DNA of 62,736 nucleotides, filler included, from Platydemus manokwari (Eukaryota), in the NCBI GenBank assembly GCA_037951405.1. It is 5 parts of 5 records of this genome, joined end to end, with 100 filler letters (N's around TTAATTAATTAA, not from the genome) between each part and the next. Parts side by side here need not be neighbours in the genome. Positions count along the whole stretch, not along the records: positions 42,460 to 52,433 come from JBBMOY011182989.1; positions 52,534 to 62,736 come from JBBMOY011158549.1; 3 more parts are not named here. One strand, written 5' to 3'. The notes under the pieces were generated by a model that was given only the letters and a program-made list of their open reading frames with translations, did not search any database and was not told the origin of the DNA. Shown piece after piece: positions 45,188-56,257 of this stretch (position 1 is the first letter of the stretch; each line of letters begins with the position of its first letter). A program made the translations under genes and the position numbers.

Positions 45188-48100
45188 ATAGTAAAAATTC
45201 AGAAATCTTTTATTCTGCTTTGAAATTGTTTTTTGTTGTATATATAATCATTATATGAATTTAATATATCTCGATTGAATAAAAAACTAAGTTGTGATTT
45301 TATTTGTATGATCACACCTAGTGGTACTTTGTGTTTAAAGTATGGCTTTCGTTTACTTATAATCGTTGATAAGAACGCAATTAAAGGTTGGACAATGAAT
45401 GCACCTTAACAACACATTTAATTTATTACTGAATGATTTTGATATTCTAAATAAGTTTTACCAGCTAAGCATCGTTATTTTCCTTAAATACTTATCACTT
45501 CAGATTATAAATCAGAGGCATTATAGATGTTTAACAATTTTTTTTCTTTATTTTGTGAGTATTTGATTTTTTAATTTATCATTATTTAAAATCTTTTCTG
45601 AAATACAAATATTCAAACCATAGTAACTGTGTTAATTTTTTAAAAGCCATTAATAATACGGAAAGTTTCTAATACTTGTAAAAATCTAAGCTATCTCATA
45701 GGGAGGAAATATGAGCTGTGAAATCATGTTAGTTCGACAAGGAACCAAATTTGTTGTCATACTTTCTCGCTTATTGATCATTTATAATTCGAAATAAAAC
45801 ATGGGAATTAACTTATAACCAAGTTGACATATTTATTGCTTGGTAAACGGTTTTTTTTGCTTTAATTATTTCAAAGAACAAAAATTTGTCAAATTATTTT
45901 TATAAGAATAATTATTACCATAATCATAAATCAGTTTTACGATGTATTTTTTGTTATTTTTAAATTGATTTTTGTTAGTGTTTTAGTCTAAAATTACAAT
46001 GAATTGCTTTTAGTCTACTTAAAAGTCTAAATCATTGTGATGTGCAATTTAAACTGTTTTAAAGTAAATAAATATTGCCGTTACGATTTTACATAAATTA
46101 TATCAAAATGCATAAACAAATATTTATTCAATTCGAATCATTATAAGTAGCAAAGTAAAGTAAAAATTTGAGAATAAAACTCACGATCAATTAATTAAAA
46201 TACCACATCATAAATATTCTTCAAAATAAAGAAACTCTGTTTGATTTAAATCTTAATGAAAATATATTATTTTTGATGCTTTGTATGCAGAAAAACTAAG
46301 CAATGAAATTTTTTAATAGTTTGATTTGGTTAAATCCTGAAAGTGAAAATATGTTATAAATCAAAACCGAAAGTAGATCATTAAATAAAATGTTTGAAAT
46401 TCATTTAAAAATCATGGATATGAGAAAATGTTATAATTAAGATTTTTATCGAGATTATTTGGTCGAATTGAAAACAAAAACTAACAATGCTGCTTTTCAT
46501 AAAAATAAATTGTGTGAACTTTTGAAATTGTTTTTTGAATAAAAATTATTCTTAAATTATATGAAACACGATAAAGCTGTAAATGATTTCATTTATTTTA
46601 CAACATTGAAATTTATTCAAGATTTTTTGATTAAAATATTTACGTGACTAAAAGCTCTATATGTGAATATTTTTTGACCTATGATAAGCAATTGATACAA
46701 TTTGCTACTGCATTGTATTTTTAACTATAACACTTCATTTTTGAACTTAAAAATTGTATGTTTATTATTCAAAATTTCTTGGAAATTCATAGTGTGCCGT
46801 TTTTTTTTCTTAATTTCAAATGAATATTTTTTGATGTTATATTATCTAGTATTTAATTATTTCATATTTGAACTAAAATTATTTACTTTTCTGGAATATC
46901 AAGGCAAATTTTCTCTAAATGAAATTCTCTAATCCTCCATTTCTTTGCAAAAATTACTAATTATACTAGCTGTCTTATCAATGATTTTATAATTAGAGTT
47001 CTACATCGTAAATGTTAAATTATAAATTGGTAATAATCACACATTAAATGATGCTTCGTCAATTGTATTTTAAAAACTAAATAATAATTATTGAAAAAAA
47101 TATTAAAAAATCAAATCTTCGATCAAGAAAATTAGTTTATAAATTTTCAAATAAAATTTGGATTCGAGCCAATTTCGTTTCCGGGTTCTGATATGCTAAA
47201 ATATTTTGATAGCTGGTTTTTAAAAAATTAAAATAACAACATCCAAAAAATTTGAATTAAAATTATCTACCAATTTCCCAAAATTTCAAGAAGAATCCAG
47301 AAATCTAAAGCATTAATATTTAACCATTCAAATTGCTTTCGGGACAACTACATTCATTATATCAGTAAATATGAAAACCAAATATCGATTTATAAGATAT
47401 AAAAACAAAAACTAATCATTTGTAATAAAATGTATTTATGAACTCATTTTACAGCAACTTCATAATTAAAACAATTTGATTCTCATCTGAAATTAAGACT
47501 TTCATCATAATTTCAAGAAACCATACACCAAGAAACGAATCCAACTAGTTTGCTGTATCGAGCACAGTTTTATAAATGGTGACTTTCATGTTGATGGTAA
47601 TGCCAAACAGGAAATCAATAAACCACTCCAAGATGATTGGGTTTTACTCGTCGATAATTGAGCCAATAGATGAAATCGGGTTGAAAGGAATAAAGGTATT
47701 AAAAAGCATTAATATATCGTAAATATCATTCAATTCACAAGTGAAAAAACGTAAAATTACAAAATAAAAATGACAAAGCACACCACAAATATTCAGTAAT
47801 GATTCCTAGATCTAATAAATAATTGGTTTAAAATAACAGCAATTTTTTTCAAACTATTTAACGTAATAAAAACTGATCAGTATTCTATCATAATTGCGGA
47901 TATAAATTAAATATTATTTTTATAACCAATAGTGACTTAATCAAAAAAATTATATCAAACATTGAAATTTGGATAAAATCACAACACACTTGTCTACAAA
48001 CAATCATGATCGATAATGTATCAAAATAAATAGTTTACTAAACTCGCTCATAAGCAATATATATGAAAACTCACAAAATTCCAAACACAAAAACAGATAT

Positions 48101-49125
48101 TCTATGTACAATGAGTATAATTAAACACACAAACTTAAAACAAAAAATCAATTTTTTTGTGATGAATTATTTTTATTGCGTTTTATAATTCTGATAAAAA
48201 ATAGAAAAGAAAACAACCTTTGTTTCCACATTTTTTTTGTTTCCTCTCACTTTCCAATGGACACAATAGGTCGGCATATAATATACTGAAATTTTTACAT
48301 AAAATCTGGTGAAAAATAATTCCATATGTGCACAGACAACAGACCAAAAACAAACCACGCATAAACAATCCAAATTTTTATGAAAAATGAAATTTCATTT
48401 GTTTTTTGACAAAAAAATCTTTCACGATACTACAAACATACGTACGAAAAACAAAACCCCCACACAAAAAAAATTCACCTAAGGTAGACCAATATTAAAA
48501 AAAAAACACTCTGATAAAACACAATGATAAATTCAGCGAAAAAAAAACTACACACACACACACGCATATATGTATATGTTGTATGCAATGAAACTTTGTG
48601 ATTTGCACACAATGAAAAAAAAGGAAATCTAATAACATATTAATATTACACTTTTGTTTTTCGATATATCTAAATATGAAAAAAAAATGAATCTTTCAAA
48701 CGCATTCATAAATAAAAAAAAACAACTTATCCACACGAAGCAGCAGCTACCGAGCAAATATATAAAATGGATAAACATATATATGGATGTATAATACACA
48801 CACATACATACACACCATCATCACCATTAATAATAATATAGCATTATCATCATATATGGATCCAGAAGAAACAGCCTTGTATGTCGATGAAATAATATAG
48901 ATCATTTTCTATCAATGTCAAAATGTCGTCAATGTGATGGCCAAGCCAGTAGAGCTCCTCCAAAACGTTACCATTTTTTCATACAGTTTTTGCTTGCAAT
49001 ATATTAATAAAAAAAACCAAAAATTTTGTTTTAAAGGATTAACAATAAATCGTTCGCTATTTATAATAAAATATAAATAAATCCATAAGTGAATTGGTAG
49101 ATCTTTTATTATAATATGCCAATGA

Positions 49126-50344
49126 TCAATTGATTCGATTTCCGGCTGGTTCCGTTCCAGCAGTCGTTTGGACTGAATTAAAACCAGTACTGGTGAGAAA
49201 TCGAGCATTGGGACCATGGTTGGTGTTGATAACATTGTTATGGTTGTATGGAATATGGGAAATCAATCCATGATTATTATAATCTGACGAACTAACAGAC
49301 CAAACCAATGAGCCAGGATAAATGTTTTGAGATTGATTCAAACCGACGGGATTGGTTGTCGAATGAGTTGCGTATGGAAAATTGGTCATCACGTATGGAT
49401 TATAAGACGGCAAACCATTTATTGTCGAAGCGGCCGGCATGATTGCTGGCTGTTGAGAATAGATTGCTGGTATCAGAGCTGCTTGATTATAAACATAATA
49501 CGACTGGCTTTGACAAGCGACGTTTTCATTTTGAATGCTCATATTATTAAGATCCGAAACAGAAACATTGATTGGATTGCTGTTGACAATTTCATTATTC
49601 AATTCATTGAAACCGACTTTGTCCAATCCGTTTTTATTCACGACATCTGCCGAACACAATCGATCTCGTCGTTGTGCTCCTTTTTCATTGTTCACCATTT
49701 CAACGGCAGCTACGAAATTGTTATTTTGGAATGCTTTTATCAAATCTTCAACGGTCGTATCTATTTGATGGAGTTTTGGAAATTTTGCCAAGGCACTTAG
49801 AGGCACAATGCCTTTGTCATCCATAAGAGCTACAAGTTTGTGATCTCTTGCGAGATTTTTGTCAGAAAAGTAATAATTGCTGCAAAAATTAATTAAATCA
49901 ATTCATTAATAATAAATCTTACACAAAATTATTTATGTAATCAGATTTCTTATCGAAAAGCATATACATATCACTTGATGCCGATCTTTGAGTAAAGTAA
50001 ACATTATCCTTCAATTTTCCGCATTTTGGCTTTTCTTCACTTCCTTCATAACTGTCAGCAATATCTTGCCATGTTGAGATTCTATAAGATGGTTGACTAA
50101 CACTTAAATCACTGTTTGGTGACATTATACCACTCTGTTCACTACTCTGATCATTAGCATTGATATTCGGCACCTGAGAATGATTTGTGGTCATAATAAC
50201 AGGTTGGCTAATTGGATAAAATAATGGATGCATAGGATAACTATAAGGATAAACAATATGATTTGGAACCAATGGTTCATTATTAAATCTTAATCGAGGG
50301 GCCGTTTCAGCATTCCTATTATGAATAGCCTCATTTGTATTCAT
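49126..50344 (-). CDS. La-motif-containing (LARP-like) protein, 2 coding exons, ~391 aa
   Basis: Exons 50344-49923 and 49879-49126 (43-nt GT-AG intron) join to give FVNYYFSDKNLARDHKLVALMDDKGIVPLSALAKFPKL, a La-motif HTH. Both flanks are N/Q/P/S/Y-rich low-complexity sequence. Probable 5'UTR intron at 50472-50361. Confidence 0.85.
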
Positions 50345-50666
50345 TTTATTAATTATAAATCTAAAAATAAATATACCATAAATTCATTATCCGTAAATTA
50401 AATTAATTTAATTTTAATATTATTCTACATAAATAAAATAAAAGCAAAATATGGACATAGTGCATGACTTACACCAAAGGTGATTAAATATTGTATATTG
50501 ACATACAATAATTTAAACAAAATGTAAATTAAATTTAAATCTTTAACAATAATAAAAAATTTAACTGATCAAATTTAAAGATAAAATAATTTTTTTAAAA
50601 AACGTTATTGACTATGAAACTAATATTTATATAAGAATGATATTTGAAAAAATTAAATTATTTCAA

Positions 50667-51668
50667 TTATTTAATTTGAAAATTTTCTGTTTCTATATTT
50701 TGTACATCACAAATTAAATGTTGCTGAATAAATTTAGGAAGTAAAGATTTACATCTAATAATCTGCCGTTTATCATTACCCTCAATTATTAAAGGTTTCA
50801 CGTCGGAACCACGATATTGAAGTAACGATTCCGATATATGAATATCACATCCGGTTTTCCTTTCGTTTGCTATAAGTGTTCTCGCATATTGTCGAAAAAT
50901 ACTAACATTTTTCCATCCATTGCTTGATGAGGCTCGTAAAAACATTAAGTACCGAAGTCTTCCAGAGTCAACTTTACTAAATCCCAATTTCAAGGCATTA
51001 TTATTTTCTTTATTAATTGACTTCATCGCTTGATCAGTAACATCGGGGATTAAATTTTTAATTTCATTGCATTTATCACTATTTACTATGAATGGTAACT
51101 TATTTAGATTTTCTTGATTAATTCTTAAAAGAAGAAAAGTATTTTCGATGTCATTTAGTAATGATTTATTTTCAATGTTTTCATTAAAAATCTTTTTAAT
51201 TTCTATTTTAGCTCCTTGAATTACTGATGGAGAAACATCGATTGCCTGACCAGCTTTAACAACTATGCTGCGATATATATTATCTATTTCTAAGGTAACT
51301 GGTAATATGTTGAATATTTGATCTTCACTAGCGCTTATTATTTTATTGAATGGTTTACTATTTACTATTTCGTCTCTTTCATTAAAAGAAAATATTGTTT
51401 TACATTCATCTTTGTCTATATCTTGTACTTTATTCACGTGTGAGTTATTGAAAGAATAATCTGAAAGATCTTTTTTCCAACTTAATTTAGACTTTGATAA
51501 TTGGATTCGATTTTGCATACTTCTTTTAATGTTAAAACTTGAACTTCCAAAATTGTTTTCATCATACGTTTCATAGACTTCACTAGCGGAATTATTGTAA
51601 AATTCTCCATATCTCGTTGATTGACAAAATGAATCATTTAATTTATCTTTAGAAATTATTCTACCCAT
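50667..51668 (-). CDS. Uncharacterised 333-aa protein, possible degenerate KH-like C-terminal domain
   Basis: Uninterrupted 1002-nt ORF in AT-rich DNA. The C-terminus (ARTLIANERKTGCDIHIS...PLIIEGNDKRQIIRCKSLL) follows the KH helix-TGCxIxI-strand-G-helix pattern but has no GxxG loop. Confidence 0.75.
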   Translation of the reverse strand: MGRIISKDKLNDSFCQSTRYGEFYNNSASEVYETYDENNFGSSSFNIKRSMQNRIQLSKSKLSWKKDLSDYSFNNSHVNKVQDIDKDECKTIFSFNERDEIVNSKPFNKIISASEDQIFNILPVTLEIDNIYRSIVVKAGQAIDVSPSVIQGAKIEIKKIFNENIENKSLLNDIENTFLLLRINQENLNKLPFIVNSDKCNEIKNLIPDVTDQAMKSINKENNNALKLGFSKVDSGRLRYLMFLRASSSNGWKNVSIFRQYARTLIANERKTGCDIHISESLLQYRGSDVKPLIIEGNDKRQIIRCKSLLPKFIQQHLICDVQNIETENFQIK

Positions 51669-52433
51669 ATTGGAAATTGATTTAATTAATTTTATAGCAA
51701 TTATTTATTTAATCGATTGCAATTTGCATATAAAGTTTTTTCGTAAGTTAAATCATTTAAGCTTGGTGCATATAGTGATTTAATTTCTGACTAAAGTGTA
51801 AGTTATTAATTATGATGGTTAATGAGCAGTGAGATTAATAAATTAGACTGATTTAAAACTATTTTCGTAATTGCTTTTAGAAAATAATTGGTTACTGTCT
51901 ATTAAGATATAATTGAAAACGTATTGAATTTTGTGACAAAGATCATATTATTGGTAAAATAATATTTCAATTATAGACTTGATTTCCCACATAAGTATTA
52001 ATGAATAATATGGTATTGCCTTCTGAAAAACTCTTACTGATGAAATTGTGGAGTGCAATCGTGTGCGGCATAATTAAAAATAACTGTCTTTGAAAATATA
52101 GTCGGTCAGTTTTTATATTTCATGCAGGACACAATTAAATATAATTAAATAAGATTCTTAAAATACATTACATGAATGAGAGTACATGTAATATATTGAT
52201 GGATCAAAAAATGACAACAAAAATATAATTATCTGAAACAATTTTAAAACACAAATACATGTGTAAATTACATGAAAAACGAGAAAATTAAAAATATTGG
52301 ATAAAAAAGAATAAGTATTAGCACAAAAACATTTAAAAAGAGTCATATAATTAAAAATAATTATAAAAAAAATAAATTAAAATAAGCAAAGAATTTTATT
52401 TCAAATATACAATTTTTTTGTTTTATAAAATAA

Positions 52434-52533
52434 NNNNNNNNNNNNNNNNNNNNNNNNNNNNNNNNNNNNNNNNNNNNTTAATTAATTAANNNNNNNNNNN
52501 NNNNNNNNNNNNNNNNNNNNNNNNNNNNNNNNN
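52434..52533. other. Artificial scaffolding spacer N44-TTAATTAATTAA-N44
   Basis: Same 100-bp spacer. Confidence 0.97.
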
Positions 52534-53809
52534 TTTTTAAAGAATTATTTTGAAAGTAATCTTACTTTATAATTGATATCATAAACCATAGAAGATTCAG
52601 TTTGAACGTTATGAGAAAATTGTCTTAACCTGATTTTATATTATAAAAAATAATCACATAAGTAAGATTTCCTTAACATTTATGCAATATTTCATTTGAT
52701 ACATTTATATATTCAAATCTCAATTTGATTGATTAAGTTTATGAAAATTGAAAAAGCAACGTATATATATTTATTTTTCATTTTAGAAATAAATGCTTTA
52801 TTGAAAGTGACTTAAATCTGTTTAATAATTTTATCAGTCTGTATATTTTACTATTTTATTTCCTTTCTATTTTGTCATTTTATTTTTTCTATATCTGAAT
52901 CAATGTTTTGTTTTCATTTTAAATTATCGGGATTGAGTATAATTGACTATAATGTGAATTTTATGCATTCTTTAATTTTTTTTACATTTTACAATTGTGC
53001 AAGTTTTAAATAATTTTGAAATTTTTATTTAATATCACTTATTATTTCTAAATTTAATTTTTCATGTAAATCTTTTTTCGATAATTTGATCCGCGTGTTT
53101 TAAATAGTAATCTAGCATAGTGGTGGGTTACAAATCTTCATCAGTTATTAAGTTATTAACTGACATTTATTCTAAAAATAATTGACATTGTGTAATAATT
53201 AATGGTCATTTATATATATTCGGTTAACATAACACTGTCTGTTTCAAGTAGTCATATTAACTAATATTATTCAAACGAAATATATTATCATTTATCTATC
53301 TAATATATAGTCACTGGGCGTTCAATTTAAGTGATATTAAGTAAGATAATATTAATACAGTTCTATAGAGAGACTTATTAAACTTTATTAAAAACAAATT
53401 AACCACGTTTAAACTTTTATTTATAATTTGAAATAAATATCCATGTGCGAAATTTCCGTTATCGCTTATAAAAAGTAAACACTTTGTATATTTTCGTACA
53501 AAAATATTGTATTTTCAATATCGATAACTTCATTGTTTTATGTATTATATAACAAATGTTTGAATTGCGTACAAGACGATCTGATATAAATCTAATTGAT
53601 TGACAAATTTTGGAATACTTATTTTCTATTTTTAAAAATAAATCGAATTTGCAGCTTGATTAATGTAAATAATTTTTACGAATATATTCCCAATTACTAA
53701 TTTTAGATTTTTTATTGATAAGAATATAAAATCAACTATTATTAGTGATAACAATCAATTAATATTAATACAATTTCGATTATTTAGTTGTATTGATCAA
53801 TATTATAAA

Positions 53810-56257
53810 ATGACGAGCACTGGTGTAAATCGGGTTGAAGTTAAAGTTTCGCAAATGGACGTCTCGTTGGAAAGTGTAGCTAATTACTCACAATCCGTCG
53901 AGATGGTTATTGATACATCCCATTTGAGTGAAGTTAAACGACTTCAATTTTTGTTTCGTCGTCCGGTATCTGAAGTGTACAAAAGTGACGAATGTAAAGA
54001 CATGATGAATTTCCTTCGACGTTTTAGCAGTGAAATGCTGACAAATAAAAATTGCGTCGATATCAGTGAAGTGGCCGATAATGATAATTGCATTGAATTC
54101 TTTCGAAATTATTTAATAATCGCTATCGACAATTGTGGGCATATGTTAGAAAATATATTACAAAGACAATATATCAATTTGATCAAATTCGTTATGGGTC
54201 TTTGGAATATGAGTGATAAATTCGATTCGCTATGTGCTCGCATGGTGGCAGCAGATGTACATATATATTTGATTCGATTATTGGGAAAAATGCAAATCAA
54301 TTTAACTCTTTTGCAAATTCGTCAAATTCTACTCTTGTCCATGTCGATTGTGGGAATTCTTCACAACATCAATCGTAAATTACAATACACTCGAGCTCAA
54401 TATCGTAATGAAAATCTCGTCGTATATCTGATGCCGCTTGCTGCTTTGGATAGTTCCAAGGATTTGATTTCTTTAAAAACCGCTGCTTTATTGTTGTTGG
54501 CATTTCTCGTTAATGAGAATGAAAACAGTGTTTTGAATGCAAATGATGATCATATTATTTATATTCTCACCATTTTGAAAGCCACCGTCGAAGAATCAGA
54601 ATTCTATTCGAGATTTTATGGATATCATTGTCTGGAAATATTGCACAGTTTACGTCACATAGCATCCCCTGATAACAATAAACGCAGTCTCATTAATAAT
54701 GGGGTTTTATCTCTCATTGGTTTGGTGATTGAACCGGAAAATGAAGAAAAATATCCCGATGAAATCGTTGCTGCCCTCGAATTACTTTGGTCGCTTAGTT
54801 TCTGTAAGGAGTGTCTGTTGGCTTTGGATGCTGATGGGTGCGAATTGAAAAATCGTGTCAACGTATTGGCCCAAAATAGTAATCAAAATATTATTTTGTC
54901 GGCTCGGGGAATATTATGGAATCTGAGCTGTGCTCAACAATCTTTAAGTTTAAACAATCTTATTCGAAGTGATGCCAAAACACCGAATATCAATGGGCAT
55001 GTAATGATAAGTTATCAACACAGCACACAGGAAGTGATGATTAAAGTAAAAGATAAATTAGTCAGTATTGGATACAAGGTATGGATGGACGTTGATCATA
55101 TGAGTAAGCCCATGATGTTTATTTTATAAAATAATCAACTAAATACGTCATCTCATGAATCATAACTAAATAATTGTTGATGTCAGTGAATATTTCCAAT
55201 AAATTAATCATTCCACATTGTAATATTATTTCATTGTATACAATTTTGAGGAAAACTCTTAAAAAAGTGAATAAAATATGTTTATTTAATATCAGACTGT
55301 AATTTATCGTTGGGAATTATACATATATTGACTATTACTAATAAATAATAATAATAATGATAGTAATAAATAAAAAAAAATAATAATAATAATAAACAAA
55401 TAAAATAAATAATAATAATATAAATAATANNNNNNNNNNNNNNNNNNNNNNNNNNNNNNNNNNNNNNNNNNNNNNNNNNNNNNNNNNNNNNNNNNNNNNN
55501 NNNNNNNNNNNNNNNNNNNNNNNNNNNNNNNNNNNNNNNNNNNNNNNNNNNNNNNNNNNNNNNNNNNNNNNNNNNNNNNNNNNNNNNNNNNNNNNNNNNN
55601 NNNNNNNNNNNNNNNNNNNNNNNNNNNNNNNNNNNNNNNNNNNNNNNNNNNNNNNNNNNNNNNNNNNNNNNNNNNNGACTTGATAATTACATAAGGGGGT
55701 CAATCGACAGATTAATGTCGTTATTCAATAAAAAAAATAATAATAACATTAATAATAATAATGACACACACATTATTTTATGATGAGTTTTGTACTTGAC
55801 AGATATCTTTATCTACATTTATTGATGGGTTTAGCTTTACTTTTCATGTACTTAAGGAGGATCATTTGTTGATGCAATGGCTGAAGGCATTCAACATGCT
55901 GCTGTTCTTCTTCTTGGAATGTGTCAGGCTTTTAAAAATTCACCCCATTGTCGCCAAGAAGTTAAGTACGCTTATATTCTTGGTATACCATTGGTTCCAA
56001 TTATGTTGGAGCCTGGATTTACTCCAGATGGCTGGCTCGGTTTAATGTGCGCTGCTTTAATTCACACAGAATTCATCGAATCAGACAGATTTGATCATAA
56101 TATTGTCCAATTACAACGACAACTTGGCCACTTAGGTTATTCAAGAAATACTTCCTATAATATTCAGGATTCAATCGATGGATCATATCCCGGTGTTAAC
56201 AATTCGACTTGCAGTAGGTTTCACTATATTATTAGTGGTATTGGTTTATTTGTTTAA
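53810..56257 (+). CDS. Armadillo-repeat plus TIR (TIR_2-type) domain protein
   Basis: Exon 53810-55103 (A/gtaagc) joins an exon starting at 55857 in phase. ARM hallmarks: GLWNMSD, GILHNI, ALELLWSLSF, ARGILWNL. TIR: HVMISYQ...GYKVWMDVDHMRGSFVDAMAEGIQHA...FKNSPHCRQEVKYAY...LVPIMLE.GF.PDGWLG. The 3' end is either the stop at 56257 or a donor at 56214/56218 leading to an exon that was not found. Confidence 0.9.
55430..55676. other. Assembly gap (247 N) inside the ARM-TIR intron
   Basis: Plain N run without the spacer, flanked by AAT repeats. Confidence 0.97.

Noticed and set aside
49327-49800. Plus-strand ORFs of 157 and 77 aa
   Set aside because: Antisense to the La-motif exon, with no motif support.
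55338-55703. 121-aa ORF
   Set aside because: Spans an N gap; artefact.
53810-56257. Calling the ARM-TIR gene SARM1
   Set aside because: There are no tandem SAM domains between ARM and TIR, and the TIR motifs differ from the SARM1 signature.
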